A stretch of DNA of 64,000 nucleotides from the human T2T-CHM13v2.0 reference genome, Homo sapiens: the NCBI RefSeq assembly GCF_009914755.1, contig NC_060946.1; one strand, given 5' to 3'. Each line of letters opens with the position of its first letter. Position 1 is the first letter of the stretch. The notes below the pieces were generated by a model, which saw only the letters and a program-made list of their open reading frames with translations, was not told where the DNA came from and searched no databases. Shown here in pieces: positions 7,958-20,470 of the stretch. Made by a program: the position numbers and the translations under genes.

Positions 7958-10894
7958 TTCACTCCTCCTTTCCATCAGTCACCCCCAACTTTCCCAGGCT
8001 ACACCTCGTAGGAAACTGTTCTCCTGCTTTGATTTCATGCGCCACCTTTGGGACAATCTAAGAACTTACAGGTTTTCTTGGCCAGATTTATTAGGAATTG
8101 TATGCACTGAAACACTGAAAACCAACTAGTGGTTCTGTGCTTCCCACGTTGTGGTTTTGACACCAGCAGCATCCTTGCCACAATCAAACCCCGGAGATCC
8201 GCAGATCTGTGTTGTAACAAGACCTCCCCCTGACCCTGAAGCATGGCAGTTGAAGAAGTCTTTCCGTGTAAGCGAAAAGACTTTGAAGAAAAGGTGGAGA
8301 TATGCGTTGTATAAACATTCTTTGGCTCTGGAACCACGTAGAGACTTGGGAGCCAGTTGGGTGGAGCATTCGTTGGATGAGGGTGCTCGGGTTAGGAATA
8401 TCAAGGTGTTTCTCCAGATAATCCAATCATCTAATTAAGATTCCAGTTATGCTCATCTGTTTTAAAATTCCGTTTGGGTAAATTCTTTTAGTCAGACTGA
8501 GAATGGCAAAGCCTCAACCCCAATTTCCAGGGAGGGTGGAGAGCCTCAGGTGGAGTTGATCACCAATAGCCTATGGTTTAACCCATCATGCCTATAGAAT
8601 GAGGTCTCCATCAAAACCCAAAAGGACTGGGTTCAGAGAGCTTCTGGATAACACTTCCTGGAAGGTAGTGCACCCCTCCCCGCATGCCGGGCCCCACATT
8701 TATTTCTGAACCTTGTGCAATGTCCGCTAAAATACAACGGCAAATGTAAGTGTTTCCCTGCGTGCTGTGAGCTCTTCCAGCAAATGAATGCAACTAAATC
8801 TGGGAGTGGTGGCAACCTGATTTATAGCCAGTTGCTGAGAAGCACAGGTAAAACAACGTAGGGCTTCCCATTGTTATTGGTGTGGGAGGCCTGTCTGGCG
8901 GGACTCGGCCCTTTGGAATCTAATGCTATGTCCCGGTAGATAGCGTCACCATTGAATTAGAAGACACACATATGTGGAGAATAATCTTTCTGGTCATTTA
9001 CTGCATGTCATATTTACAATATGTAATCAAATTCTTTATCCTGACCTTATGGCACCTGGGTTTAGGACCATGATTTGAACCAAACGTTGGTCTGTCACTT
9101 TCTGAGTTTGAAACTTTATTTTGCCTTTAGCGTTTTGCTATTGCTTTTTCGTTTTCTTTTGTTTCGTTTCGTTTCTAAGTTCTGGGGTATATGTGCAGGA
9201 TGTGCAGATTTGTTACTAAGGTAAACGTGTGCCATGGTGGTTTGCTGCACCTGTCAACCCGTCACCTAGGTATTAAGCCCAGCATGCAGTAGCTGTTTTT
9301 CTTAACGCTCTGCCTCCCGAAAGGCCCCAGTGTGTGTTGTTCCCCTTCCTGTGTCCATGGGATCTCACTTTTCAGCTCCCATTATAAGTGAGAAGGTGGC
9401 GTTTGGTTTTCTTTCCCTGGATTAGTTTGCTGACGATAATGACCACACATCACCACTGTTTTTGTTTTTTAGTATAAAGAGTAGTATTTTATTGAATAAG
9501 ATTTGCTCACAGAAAAATAAGCTTAAATCTACAATGAATGCCAGACCCTACAGCAGAAAGCAATTTTCTCACTTTTCCACACACAATGGTTCCTACTAAG
9601 TGAAAAAAAAGCCATAAAATTTCATTCACAAATGTACTACTCTGTCTCAAAACATCTCACGTAATCATGCACTGTACTAAAGCCATCAGATCAGTTCTTC
9701 AGTCAGGTTAAAGAAGTATCCCTCTAATAACTGACTTTTATAATGCTATCAATATCCACTCCCAATCAGTCTGCCATTGTTAATGGTGTACAGCATTACT
9801 GAATACAACGGAATTGATGACGCCCATATCCACAGACAAACCGTGACTTATGATGGTTTGATTTATGATTTTTCAACGTTATGATGGGTTTATTGGAATA
9901 TTAGATTCGTTTCTGAGTTACACTGGGTTTATGAGTATGCGACCCTACACTCCAGAAACAGCTGTATAAGGAAAAACAGGTGTACCTAATAAAAATATGC
10001 TTAGTGACTTGGGATAAACCAATAGATGTTCACAAGTGATGGAGAGCCGTGAAAGAGAGATAGCGGTAAATAGTTACAATAACACAATTTTCCTGCACCT
10101 GTCGAGGATTTCCCCCAAAAAACGCAGAATGTGGGATGCACCTAAGGCATATGAAAGAGAGAGGGCAGAAGGAGTAAGAGAGAAATAGGAGGAAGGAAGG
10201 AAGGAAGCAAGGAAGAAAGGAAGGAAGGAAAGAAGGAAGGAAGGACGGAAGGAAGGAAGGAAGGAAGGAAGGAAGGAAAGAAGGATGAAAGGAAGGAGAA
10301 AACACCGGTGTTACTAAAACCCCCCAAAAAATGGTTTCCCCCTGTGGGTAAGCCTACAATGTGGATGAATCTTGAAAATATTGTGCTACGTGTTATGTCA
10401 GTCATAGCAGCTCACCTATTGTGCAATTCCGTTTATAGGAAATGTCCACAATATGGAAATCTATGCATATGGGATTGATCGCACTAGGTAGTTGCTACCT
10501 AGGGCTGAGGGTCAGGGAGAGGGTTTGAGACAGAATGAGGAGTGACTAATGTCTACAGGGTCTTTCTCTGGTCGGGGGTGATAAGACGTTTTACAATGGA
10601 TTGCGAATTAAAATTGAATGTGCACAACCACAGGTATACTAAAAGCCACTCAATTCATGACCTTTAATGGGGGAATCTTACGTGGCGTAGTCTCATGGAG
10701 ACCACGGCAGACATAGTGAGAGAGAAAAAGGTGAGTAAATATCTGAAACGGAGGCAGAAACAGAGAGAATGAAAAGCCCTGTGAATGGAAGGGAGAGCGA
10801 AAAGGGAAAATGGTCCTATTTACAAATGACAGATGTGAAACTGGGGTTCACATCAACAGTGTCACTGCCAGGAAGGAGGGTCATGCTAGCCATG

Positions 10895-13800
10895 TCACCG
10901 GTAGTGTGGCCCGCAGGGACGCCGACCTGCTGGAGCGTCGTGCCAGCATGGGCTGTGGCAACCACGTGGGCCAGCAGGAGGTTCCCGCTGCACAGCTGTG
11001 GGGTGAGGATAGACTGGGTGGTGATATCGGCCATTACAGGGGCCTCTTCTGCTGGCAAGAGTGTGACAGTAGCAAGTAGATGGACAGGCCTGCGTGTGAG
11101 GACGGAATGCAGGAGGGGTTCTTGTGCGCCTGGGTGTGGGGCCCTCACGGGAACCGTGGAGAAATGGCCAGGTAACTGCGTCATGTGGGCTAGTAGATTG
11201 GCCAGGGCTTCGAACTGAAGGACGATAATGGGGAGTAGCTGTCAGGCCCTGGGAGTGCCTGAGTGTAAGTGGAGATGGGTTTGGGGTCACTGAGGGATGC
11301 GTGGGAGCCATCCCTGTATAGGTACAGGTCATAGGTAGATAGTCTCGTGAGGCCTGTGAGTGTCTAGGGTTGTCCTGGGTGCCTGGGGCTGACTGTGGCA
11401 GAAATCTGGGGAAGGCTGGAGAGAAGCTGGGAGACCCAGGAGAGTCCCTGAAGGCAGGGGGTGAAGAGGTGAAAGAAATGGGGGAGGGTTGCAGTAAGGT
11501 CCGTGAGTTTGTAGGTGATTCCTGGGTGCGGGAAGCTGACTCCAGGTGAAATCTGGAGATGGTTGGAGAGTAGCTGAGAGAGACAGAAGAGTCCCTGAGG
11601 GCTGGGGGTGAGAACATGAGGGAGACGGGGGAGTAAGTCAGTGAAATTCGTGAGTTCGGTGGTGTATCGTGGGTGCCTGGAACTGACTCCAGCTGGAATC
11701 TAGAGAAGTTTTGAGAGTAGCTGAAGGAGACACAAGAGTCCCTGTGGGCTGAGGGCAAAGACCTGAGACAGACCAGGGAGGACCTCAGTGAAGTCTGTGA
11801 GTCTGTAGGTGATTCCGGAGTGTGGGAGGCTGACTCCCGCTGAAATCTGGGCGTGGTGGGAGAGTAGCTGGGACAGACAGGAGAGTCCCAGGGGGCTGGG
11901 GGTGACGACGTGAGAGAGACTGGGGAGTAACTCAGTGAAATTGCTGAGTTGGTTGGTGATACCTGGGTGCCTGGAACTGACCCCCGCTGAAATCTGGGCA
12001 TGGTTGGAGAGTAGCTGGGACACACAGGAGAGTCCCTGAGGGCTGGGGGTGAAGACATGAGCGAGACCGGGGAGTAACTGAGTGAAACTGGTGAGTTTGG
12101 TGGTGACTCCGGGGTGCCTGGAACTGACTCCAGCTGAAATGTGGGCGTGGTTGGAGAGTAGCTGGGACAGACAGGAGAGTCCCTGAGGACTGGTGAAGAC
12201 ATGAGAGAGACTGGAGAGTAATTGAGTGAAATTGGTGAGTTTGGTGGTGATTCCTGGGTGCCTGGAACTGACTCCCGCTGAAGTGTGGGCGTGGTTGGAG
12301 AGTAGCTGGGACACACAGGAGAGTCCCTGAGGGTTGGAGATAAAGACGTGCTAGAGACTGAGGAGTAACTGAGTGAAATTGGTGAGTTTGGTGGTGATTC
12401 CGGGGTGCCTGGAACGGACTCCAGCTGAAATGTGGGCGTGGTTGGAGAGTAGCTGGGACAGACGGGAGAGTCCCTGAGGAATGGTGAAGACATGAGAGAG
12501 ACTGGGGAGTAACGCAGTGAAATTGGTGAGTTTGGTGGTGATTTCTGGGTGCCTGCAACGGACTCCCGCTGAAGTGTGGGCGTGCTTGGAGAGTAGCTGG
12601 GACAGACAGGCGAGTCCCTGAGGGTTGGAGATAAAGACGTGCTAGAGACTGAGGAGTAACTGAGTGAAATTGGTGAGTTTGGTGGTGATTCCGGGGTGCC
12701 TGGAACGGACTCCAGCTGAAATGTGGGCGTGGTTGGAGAGTAGCTGGGACAGACGGGAGAGTCCCTGAGGGATGGTGAAGACATGAGAGAGACTGGGGAG
12801 TAACGCAGTGAAATTGGTGAGTTTGGTGGTGATTTCTGGGTGCCTGCAACAGACTCCCGCTGAAGTGTGGGCGTGCTTGGAGAGTAGCTGGGACAGACAG
12901 GCGAGTCCCTGAGGGTTGGAGATAAAGACGTGCTGGAGACTGGGGAGTAACTCAGTGAAAGTGGTGGGCTTGGTGGTGATCCCAGGGTTCCTGGAACTGA
13001 CCCGCGCTGAAATGTGGGCGTGGTTGGAGAGTAGCTGGGACAGACTGGAGGGTCCGTAAGGGCTGGGGGTGAAGACGTGAGAGAGACTGGCGAGGATCTC
13101 ACTGAGGTCTGTGAGTTTGTAGGTGTTTCTGGGGTGTGGGGTACAGACTCCCGCTGAAATCTGGGCGTAGTTGGAGAGTAGCTGGGACAGACAGGAGAGT
13201 CATGGGTGGCTGGGGGTGAGCTGCTGGATGATGGCAGTAAGAACATATGGTACATTATTGATGAATGAGGTGACTGTGAAGAATCTCCAGAGGAGGACAC
13301 GGGAGAACACAATGACATGAGTGACTGTCCTGCTTGGTTAGGAAAGGGAAACGTAAAGTTGTGGAATTCTGTTGATGATGGATGTGAGAGTGGTGAAGCC
13401 CTGCGGGATGATGTAGAGGACTTCCACATCCCTGGTGAGGAGCTGCCCCTTGGGTCTGAGTTTCTGGGAGGGGAGAGGGAGAAGCTGGGTGAGGCAGGCA
13501 TGAATCTTGAGGAGTCAGGGCTGGGGGACCGCTCATATTCTCCCGAGACCTGTGAGTCTCTGGGGGACTCCTGGGTGCATGGGGCTGACTCCCGCAGGAA
13601 CCTGGGGTTGGCTGGAGAGTAACTGGGAGCCACAGGAGGGTCCCTGAGGCCTGGGGGTGAAGAGATGCAAGACACAGGGGTGGAGCAGCGTGAGGCTCGT
13701 GAGTTTGTAGGTGATTCCTGGGTGTGGGGGGCTGACTCCAGCTGAAATCTGGGGTTGTTTGGAGAGTAGCTGGGAGACACAGGAGAACCCCCGAGAGCTG

Positions 13801-14167
13801 GGGGTGAGCTGCTGGGTGATGGCAGTAAGAACATGTGGTATATTATTGATGAACGTGGGGACTCTGAGGAGTCCTCAGAGGAGGACACAGCAGAGCCCAA
13901 TGGCTTCATTGATTGCCCATCACGGTGAGGACAGGGAAATGGGAGCTTGTGGGATTCTGGTGATGACAGAGGTGAGTGTGGTGAAGCCCTAGGGGATGGT
14001 GAATGGTAGTTCCGGATCCCTGGTGAGGAGCTTCCCCTTAAGCCGGAGTTTCTGAGAGGGGAGAGGGAGAAGCTGGGTGAGGCTCGCATGGACCTTGGGG
14101 TGTCCGTGCTGGGGGACCGTTCATAAGAAGAGCCAGACAAGACCCTACTGTTCTTAGGTGCAGACAT
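10895..14167 (-). CDS. Ser/Pro-rich repeat protein, 1090 aa variant
   Basis: Intact ORF, 49 aa longer than the 1041 aa form, with 12 PSYSP motifs. Confidence 0.65.
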   Translation of the reverse strand: MSAPKNSRVLSGSSYERSPSTDTPRSMRASPSFSLSPLRNSGLRGSSSPGIRNYHSPSPRASPHSPLSSPESHKLPFPCPHRDGQSMKPLGSAVSSSEDSSESPRSSIIYHMFLLPSPSSSPPALGGSPVSPSYSPNNPRFQLESAPHTQESPTNSRASRCSTPVSCISSPPGLRDPPVAPSYSPANPRFLRESAPCTQESPRDSQVSGEYERSPSPDSSRFMPASPSFSLSPPRNSDPRGSSSPGMWKSSTSSRRASPLSHPSSTEFHNFTFPFPNQAGQSLMSLCSPVSSSGDSSQSPHSSIMYHMFLLPSSSSSPPATHDSPVCPSYSPTTPRFQRESVPHTPETPTNSQTSVRSSPVSLTSSPPALTDPPVCPSYSPTTPTFQRGSVPGTLGSPPSPPLSLSYSPVSSTSLSPTLRDSPVCPSYSPSTPTLQRESVAGTQKSPPNSPISLRYSPVSLMSSPSLRDSPVCPSYSPTTPTFQLESVPGTPESPPNSPISLSYSSVSSTSLSPTLRDSPVCPSYSPSTPTLQRESVAGTQKSPPNSPISLRYSPVSLMSSPFLRDSPVCPSYSPTTPTFQLESVPGTPESPPNSPISLSYSSVSSTSLSPTLRDSPVCPSYSPTTPTLQRESVPGTQESPPNSPISLNYSPVSLMSSPVLRDSPVCPSYSPTTPTFQLESVPGTPESPPNSPVSLSYSPVSLMSSPPALRDSPVCPSYSPTMPRFQRGSVPGTQVSPTNSAISLSYSPVSLTSSPPAPWDSPVCPSYSPTTPRFQRESASHTPESPTDSQTSLRSSLVCLRSLPSAHRDSCVSFSYSQNFSRFQLESVPGTHDTPPNSRISLTYSPVSLMFSPPALRDSSVSLSYSPTISRFHLESASRTQESPTNSRTLLQPSPISFTSSPPAFRDSPGSPSFSPAFPRFLPQSAPGTQDNPRHSQASRDYLPMTCTYTGMAPTHPSVTPNPSPLTLRHSQGLTATPHYRPSVRSPGQSTSPHDAVTWPFLHGSREGPTPRRTRTPPAFRPHTQACPSTCYCHTLASRRGPCNGRYHHPVYPHPTAVQREPPAGPRGCHSPCWHDAPAGRRPCGPHYR

Positions 14168-14242
14168 GATTAGGAAACCTGCAGCTCCCAGGGGCCCCCA
14201 CTAATGTTCTAACTCGCAGAAGGAAGGAGTGTGTGTGCGTGT

Positions 14243-14274
<32 letters not shown>

Positions 14275-17200
14275 TTGTGTGTGTGCGGTGTGAGGTATGG
14301 GCCCCTTAAGGAAATGGAAATCAACCAACCAATGGGACAGACAGACAGACAGACAGACAGAGATTCACTTGCCCAAGTGTTCTGTCCTGTCCTCTGAATC
14401 CGCTTTCAAGTCGCAAGACGCTGTGAGCTCCAAGTCCACGCAGAGTCCGCCAAACGCTCCGGCCGCTGATCCGCTCCGCGAAGATCTGAGTACAGGCCAG
14501 CCAGGGTGGGTTTAAATAGCCTCGGGCGCAGCCTAGCAGCGGAAAGGGCGGAGCTTCACTCCTCCTTTCCATCAGTCACCCCCAACTTTCCCAGGCTACA
14601 CCTCGTAGGAAACTGTTCTCCTGCTTTGATTTCATGCGCCACCTTTGGGACAATCTAAGAACTTACAGGTTTTCTTGGCCAGATTTATTAGGAATTGTAT
14701 GCACTGAAACACTGAAAACCAACTAGTGGTTCTGTGCTTCCCACGTTGTGGTTTTGACACCAGCAGCATCCTTGCCACAATCAAACCCCGGAGATCCGCA
14801 GATCTGTGTTGTAACAAGACCTCCCCCTGACCCTGAAGCATGGCAGTTGAAGAAGTCTTTCCGTGTAAGCGAAAAGACTTTGAAGAAAAGGTGGAGATAT
14901 GCGTTGTATAAACATTCTTTGGCTCTGGAACCACGTAGAGACTTGGGAGCCAGTTGGGTGGAGCATTCGTTGGATGAGGGTGCTCGGGTTAGGAATATCA
15001 AGGTGTTTCTCCAGATAATCCAATCATCTAATTAAGATTCCAGTTATGCTCATCTGTTTTAAAATTCCGTTTGGGTAAATTCTTTTAGTCAGACTGAGAA
15101 TGGCAAAGCCTCAACCCCAATTTCCAGGGAGGGTGGAGAGCCTCAGGTGGAGTTGATCACCAATAGCCTATGGTTTAACCCATCATGCCTATAGAATGAG
15201 GTCTCCATCAAAACCCAAAAGGACTGGGTTCAGAGAGCTTCTGGATAACACTTCCTGGAAGGTAGTGCACCCCTCCCCGCATGCCGGGCCCCACATTTAT
15301 TTCTGAACCTTGTGCAATGTCCGCTAAAATACAACGGCAAATGTAAGTGTTTCCCTGCGTGCTGTGAGCTCTTCCAGCAAATGAATGCAACTAAATCTGG
15401 GAGTGGTGGCAACCTGATTTATAGCCAGTTGCTGAGAAGCACAGGTAAAACAACGTAGGGCTTCCCATTGTTATTGGTGTGGGAGGCCTGTCTGGCGGGA
15501 CTCGGCCCTTTGGAATCTAATGCTATGTCCCGGTAGATAGCGTCACCATTGAATTAGAAGACACACATATGTGGAGAATAATCTTTCTGGTCATTTACTG
15601 CATGTCATATTTACAATATGTAATCAAATTCTTTATCCTGACCTTATGGCACCTGGGTTTAGGACCATGATTTGAACCAAACGTTGGTCTGTCACTTTCT
15701 GAGTTTGAAACTTTATTTTGCCTTTAGCGTTTTGCTATTGCTTTTTCGTTTTCTTTTGTTTCGTTTCGTTTCTAAGTTCTGGGGTATATGTGCAGGATGT
15801 GCAGATTTGTTACTAAGGTAAACGTGTGCCATGGTGGTTTGCTGCACCTGTCAACCCGTCACCTAGGTATTAAGCCCAGCATGCAGTAGCTGTTTTTCTT
15901 AACGCTCTGCCTCCCGAAAGGCCCCAGTGTGTGTTGTTCCCCTTCCTGTGTCCATGGGATCTCACTTTTCAGCTCCCATTATAAGTGAGAAGGTGGCGTT
16001 TGGTTTTCTTTCCCTGGATTAGTTTGCTGACGATAATGACCACACATCACCACTGTTTTTGTTTTTTAGTATAAAGAGTAGTATTTTATTGAATAAGATT
16101 TGCTCACAGAAAAATAAGCTTAAATCTACAATGAATGCCAGACCCTACAGCAGAAAGCAATTTTCTCACTTTTCCACACACAATGGTTCCTACTAAGTGA
16201 AAAAAAAGCCATAAAATTTCATTCACAAATGTACTACTCTGTCTCAAAACATCTCACGTAATCATGCACTGTACTAAAGCCATCAGATCAGTTCTTCAGT
16301 CAGGTTAAAGAAGTATCCCTCTAATAACTGACTTTTATAATGCTATCAATATCCACTCCCAATCAGTCTGCCATTGTTAATGGTGTACAGCATTACTGAA
16401 TACAACGGAATTGATGACGCCCATATCCACAGACAAACCGTGACTTATGATGGTTTGATTTATGATTTTTCAACGTTATGATGGGTTTATTGGAATATTA
16501 GATTCGTTTCTGAGTTACACTGGGTTTATGAGTATGCGACCCTACACTCCAGAAACAGCTGTATAAGGAAAAACAGGTGTACCTAATAAAAATATGCTTA
16601 GTGACTTGGGATAAACCAATAGATGTTCACAAGTGATGGAGAGCCGTGAAAGAGAGAGAGCGGTAAATAGTTACAATAACACAATTTTCCTGCACCTGTC
16701 GAGGATTTCCCCCAAAAAACGCAGAATGTGGGATGCACCTAAGGCATATGAAAGAGAGAGGGCAGAAGGAGTAAGAGAGAAATAGGAGGAAGGAAGGAAG
16801 GAAGCAAGGAAGAAAGGAAGGAAGGAAAGAAGGAAGGAAGGACGGAAGGAAGGAAGGAAGGAAGGAAGGAAGGAAAGAAGGATGAAAGGAAGGAGAAAAC
16901 ACCGGTGTTACTAAAACCCCCCAAAAAATGGTTTCCCCCTGTGGGTAAGCCTACAATGTGGATGAATCTTGAAAATATTGTGCTACGTGTTATGTCAGTC
17001 ATAGCAGCTCACCTATTGTGCAATTCCGTTTATAGGAAATGTCCACAATATGGAAATCTATGCATATGGGATTGATCGCACTAGGTAGTTGCTACCTAGG
17101 GCTGAGGGTCAGGGAGAGGGTTTGAGACAGAATGAGGAGTGACTAATGTCTACAGGGTCTTTCTCTGGTCGGGGGTGATAAGACGTTTTACAATGGATTG

Positions 17201-17491
17201 CGAATTAAAATTGAATGTGCACAACCACAGGTATACTAAAAGCCACTCAATTCATGACCTTTAATGGGGGAATCTTACGTGGCGTAGTCTCATGGAGACC
17301 ACGGCAGACATAGTGAGAGAGAAAAAGGTGAGTAAATATCTGAAACGGAGGCAGAAACAGAGAGAATGAAAAGCCCTGTGAATGGAAGGGAGAGCGAAAA
17401 GGGAAAATGGTCCTATTTACAAATGACAGATGTGAAACTGGGGTTCACATCAACAGTGTCACTGCCAGGAAGGAGGGTCATGCTAGCCATG

Positions 17492-20470
17492 TCACCGGTA
17501 GTGTGGCCCGCAGGGACGCCGACCTGCTGGAGCGTCGTGCCAGCATGGGCTGTGGCAACCACGTGGGCCAGCAGGAGGTTCCCGCTGCACAGCTGTGGGG
17601 TGAGGATAGACTGGGTGGTGATATCGGCCATTACAGGGGCCTCTTCTGCTGGCAAGAGTGTGACAGTAGCAAGTAGATGGACAGGCCTGCGTGTGAGGAC
17701 GGAATGCAGGAGGGGTTCTTGTGCGCCTGGGTGTGGGGCCCTCACGGGAACCGTGGAGAAATGGCCAGGTAACTGCGTCATGTGGGCTAGTAGATTGGCC
17801 AGGGCTTCGAACTGAAGGACGATAACGGGGAGTAGCTGTCAGGCCCTGGGAGTGCCTGAGTGTAAGTGGAGATGGGTTTGGGGTCACTGAGGGATGCGTG
17901 GGAGCCATCCCTGTATAGGTACAGGTCATAGGGAGATAGTCTCGTGAGGCCTGTGAGTGTCTAGGGTTGTCCTGGGTGCCTGGGGCTGACTGTGGCAGAA
18001 ATCTGGGGAAGGCTGGAGAGAAGCTGGGAGACCCAGGAGAGTCCCTGAAGGCAGGGGGTGAAGAGGTGAAAGAAATGGGGGAGGGTTGCAGTAAGGTCCG
18101 TGAGTTTGTAGGTGATTCCTGGGTGCGGGAAGCTGACTCCAGGTGAAATCTGGAGATGGTTGGAGAGTAGCTGAGAGAGACAGAAGAGTCCCTGAGGGCT
18201 GGGGGTGAGAACATGAGGGAGACGGGGGAGTAAGTCAGTGAAATTCGTGAGCTCGGTGGTGTATCGTGGGTGCCTGGAACTGACTCCAGCTGGAATCTAG
18301 AGAAGTTTTGAGAGTAGCTGAAGGAGACACAAGAGTCCCTGTGGGCTGAGGGCAAAGACCTGAGACAGACCAGGGAGGACCTCAGTGAAGTCTGTGAGTC
18401 TGTAGGTGATTCCGGAGTGTGGGAGGCTGACTCCCGCTGAAATATGGGCGTGGTGGGAGAGTAGCTGGGACAGACAGGAGAGTCCCTGAGGACTGGTGAA
18501 GACATGAGAGAGACTGGAGAGTAATTGAGTGAAATTGGTGAGTTTGGTGGTGATTCCTGGGTGCCTGGAACTGACTCCCGCTGAAGTGTGGGCATGGTTG
18601 GAGAGTAGCTGGGACACACAGGAGAGTCCCTGAGGGTTGGAGATAAAGACGTGCTAGAGACTGAGGAGTAACTGAGTGAAATTGGTGAGTTTGGTGGTGA
18701 TTCCGGGGTGCCTGGAACGGACTCCAGCTGAAATGTGGGCGTGGTTGGAGAGTAGCTGGGACAGACGGGAGAGTCCCTGAGGGATGGTGAAGACATGAGA
18801 GAGACTGGGGAGTAACGCAGTGAAATTGGTGAGTTTGGTGGTGATTTCTGGGTGCCTGCAACGGACTCCCGCTGAAGTGTGGGCGTGCTTGGAGAGTAGC
18901 TGGGACAGACAGGCGAGTCCCTGAGGGTTGGAGATAAAGACGTGCTAGAGACTGAGGAGTAACTGAGTGAAATTGGTGAGTTTGGTGGTGATTCCGGGGT
19001 GCCTGGAACGGACTCCAGCTGAAATGTGGGCGTGGTTGGAGAGTAGCTGGGACAGACGGGAGAGTCCCTGAGGGATGGTGAAGACATGAGAGAGACTGGG
19101 GAGTAACGCAGTGAAATTGGTGAGTTTGGTGGTGATTTCTGGGTGCCTGCAACGGACTCCCGCTGAAGTGTGGGCGTGCTTGGAGAGTAGCTGGGACAGA
19201 CAGGCGAGTCCCTGAGGGTTGGAGATAAAGACGTGCTGGAGACTGGGGAGTAACTCAGTGAAAGTGGTGGGCTTGGTGGTGATCCCAGGGTTCCTGGAAC
19301 TGACCCGCGCTGAAATGTGGGCGTGGTTGGAGAGTAGCTGGGACAGACTGGAGGGTCCGTAAGGGCTGGGGGTGAAGACGTGAGAGAGACTGGCGAGGAT
19401 CTCACTGAGGTCTGTGAGTTTGTAGGTGTTTCTGGGGTGTGGGGTACAGACTCCCGCTGAAATCTGGGCGTAGTTGGAGAGTAGCTGGGACAGACAGGAG
19501 AGTCATGGGTGGCTGGGGGTGAGCTGCTGGATGATGGCAGTAAGAACATATGGTACATTATTGATGAATGAGGTGACTGTGAAGAATCTCCAGAGGAGGA
19601 CACGGGAGAACACAATGACATGAGTGACTGTCCTGCTTGGTTAGGAAAGGGAAACGTAAAGTTGTGGAATTCTGTTGATGATGGATGTGAGAGTGGTGAA
19701 GCCCTGCGGGATGATGTAGAGGACTTCCACATCCCTGGTGAGGAGCTGCCCCTTGGGTCTGAGTTTCTGGGAGGGGAGAGGGAGAAGCTGGGTGAGGCAG
19801 GCATGAATCTTGAGGAGTCAGGGCTGGGGGACCGCTCATATTCTCCCGAGACCTGTGAGTCTCTGGGGGACTCCTGGGTGCATGGGGCTGACTCCCGCAG
19901 GAACCTGGGGATGGCTGGAGAGTAACTGGGAGCCACAGGAGGGTCCCTGAGGCCTGGGGGTGAAGAGATGCAAGACACAGGGGTGGAGCAGCGTGAGGCT
20001 CGTGAGTTTGTAGGTGATTCCTGGGTGTGGGGGGCTGACTCCAGCTGAAATCTGGGGTTGTTTGGAGAGTAGCTGGGAGACACAGGAGAACCCCCGAGAG
20101 CTGGGGGTGAGCTGCTGGGTGATGGCAGTAAGAACATGTGGTATATTATTGATGAACGTGGGGACTCTGAGGAGTCCTCAGAGGAGGACACGGCAGAGCC
20201 CAATGGCTTCATTGATTGCCCATCACGGTGAGGACAGGGAAATGGGAGCTTGTGGGATTCTGGTGATGACAGAGGTGAGTGTGGTGAAGCCCTAGGGGAT
20301 GGTGAATGGTAGTTCCGGATCCCTGGTGAGGAGCTTCCCCTTAAGCCGGAGTTTCTGAGAGGGGAGAGGGAGAAGCTGGGTGAGGCTCGCATGGACCTTG
20401 GGGTGTCCGTGCTGGGGGACCGTTCATAAGAAGAGCCAGACAAGACCCTACTGTTCTTAGGTGCAGACAT
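17492..20470 (-). CDS. Ser/Pro-rich repeat protein, 992 aa variant
   Basis: Intact ORF, 98 aa shorter than the 1090 aa form, with 10 PSYSP motifs. Confidence 0.65.
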   Translation of the reverse strand: MSAPKNSRVLSGSSYERSPSTDTPRSMRASPSFSLSPLRNSGLRGSSSPGIRNYHSPSPRASPHSPLSSPESHKLPFPCPHRDGQSMKPLGSAVSSSEDSSESPRSSIIYHMFLLPSPSSSPPALGGSPVSPSYSPNNPRFQLESAPHTQESPTNSRASRCSTPVSCISSPPGLRDPPVAPSYSPAIPRFLRESAPCTQESPRDSQVSGEYERSPSPDSSRFMPASPSFSLSPPRNSDPRGSSSPGMWKSSTSSRRASPLSHPSSTEFHNFTFPFPNQAGQSLMSLCSPVSSSGDSSQSPHSSIMYHMFLLPSSSSSPPATHDSPVCPSYSPTTPRFQRESVPHTPETPTNSQTSVRSSPVSLTSSPPALTDPPVCPSYSPTTPTFQRGSVPGTLGSPPSPPLSLSYSPVSSTSLSPTLRDSPVCPSYSPSTPTLQRESVAGTQKSPPNSPISLRYSPVSLMSSPSLRDSPVCPSYSPTTPTFQLESVPGTPESPPNSPISLSYSSVSSTSLSPTLRDSPVCPSYSPSTPTLQRESVAGTQKSPPNSPISLRYSPVSLMSSPSLRDSPVCPSYSPTTPTFQLESVPGTPESPPNSPISLSYSSVSSTSLSPTLRDSPVCPSYSPTMPTLQRESVPGTQESPPNSPISLNYSPVSLMSSPVLRDSPVCPSYSPTTPIFQRESASHTPESPTDSQTSLRSSLVCLRSLPSAHRDSCVSFSYSQNFSRFQLESVPGTHDTPPSSRISLTYSPVSLMFSPPALRDSSVSLSYSPTISRFHLESASRTQESPTNSRTLLQPSPISFTSSPPAFRDSPGSPSFSPAFPRFLPQSAPGTQDNPRHSQASRDYLPMTCTYTGMAPTHPSVTPNPSPLTLRHSQGLTATPRYRPSVRSPGQSTSPHDAVTWPFLHGSREGPTPRRTRTPPAFRPHTQACPSTCYCHTLASRRGPCNGRYHHPVYPHPTAVQREPPAGPRGCHSPCWHDAPAGRRPCGPHYR

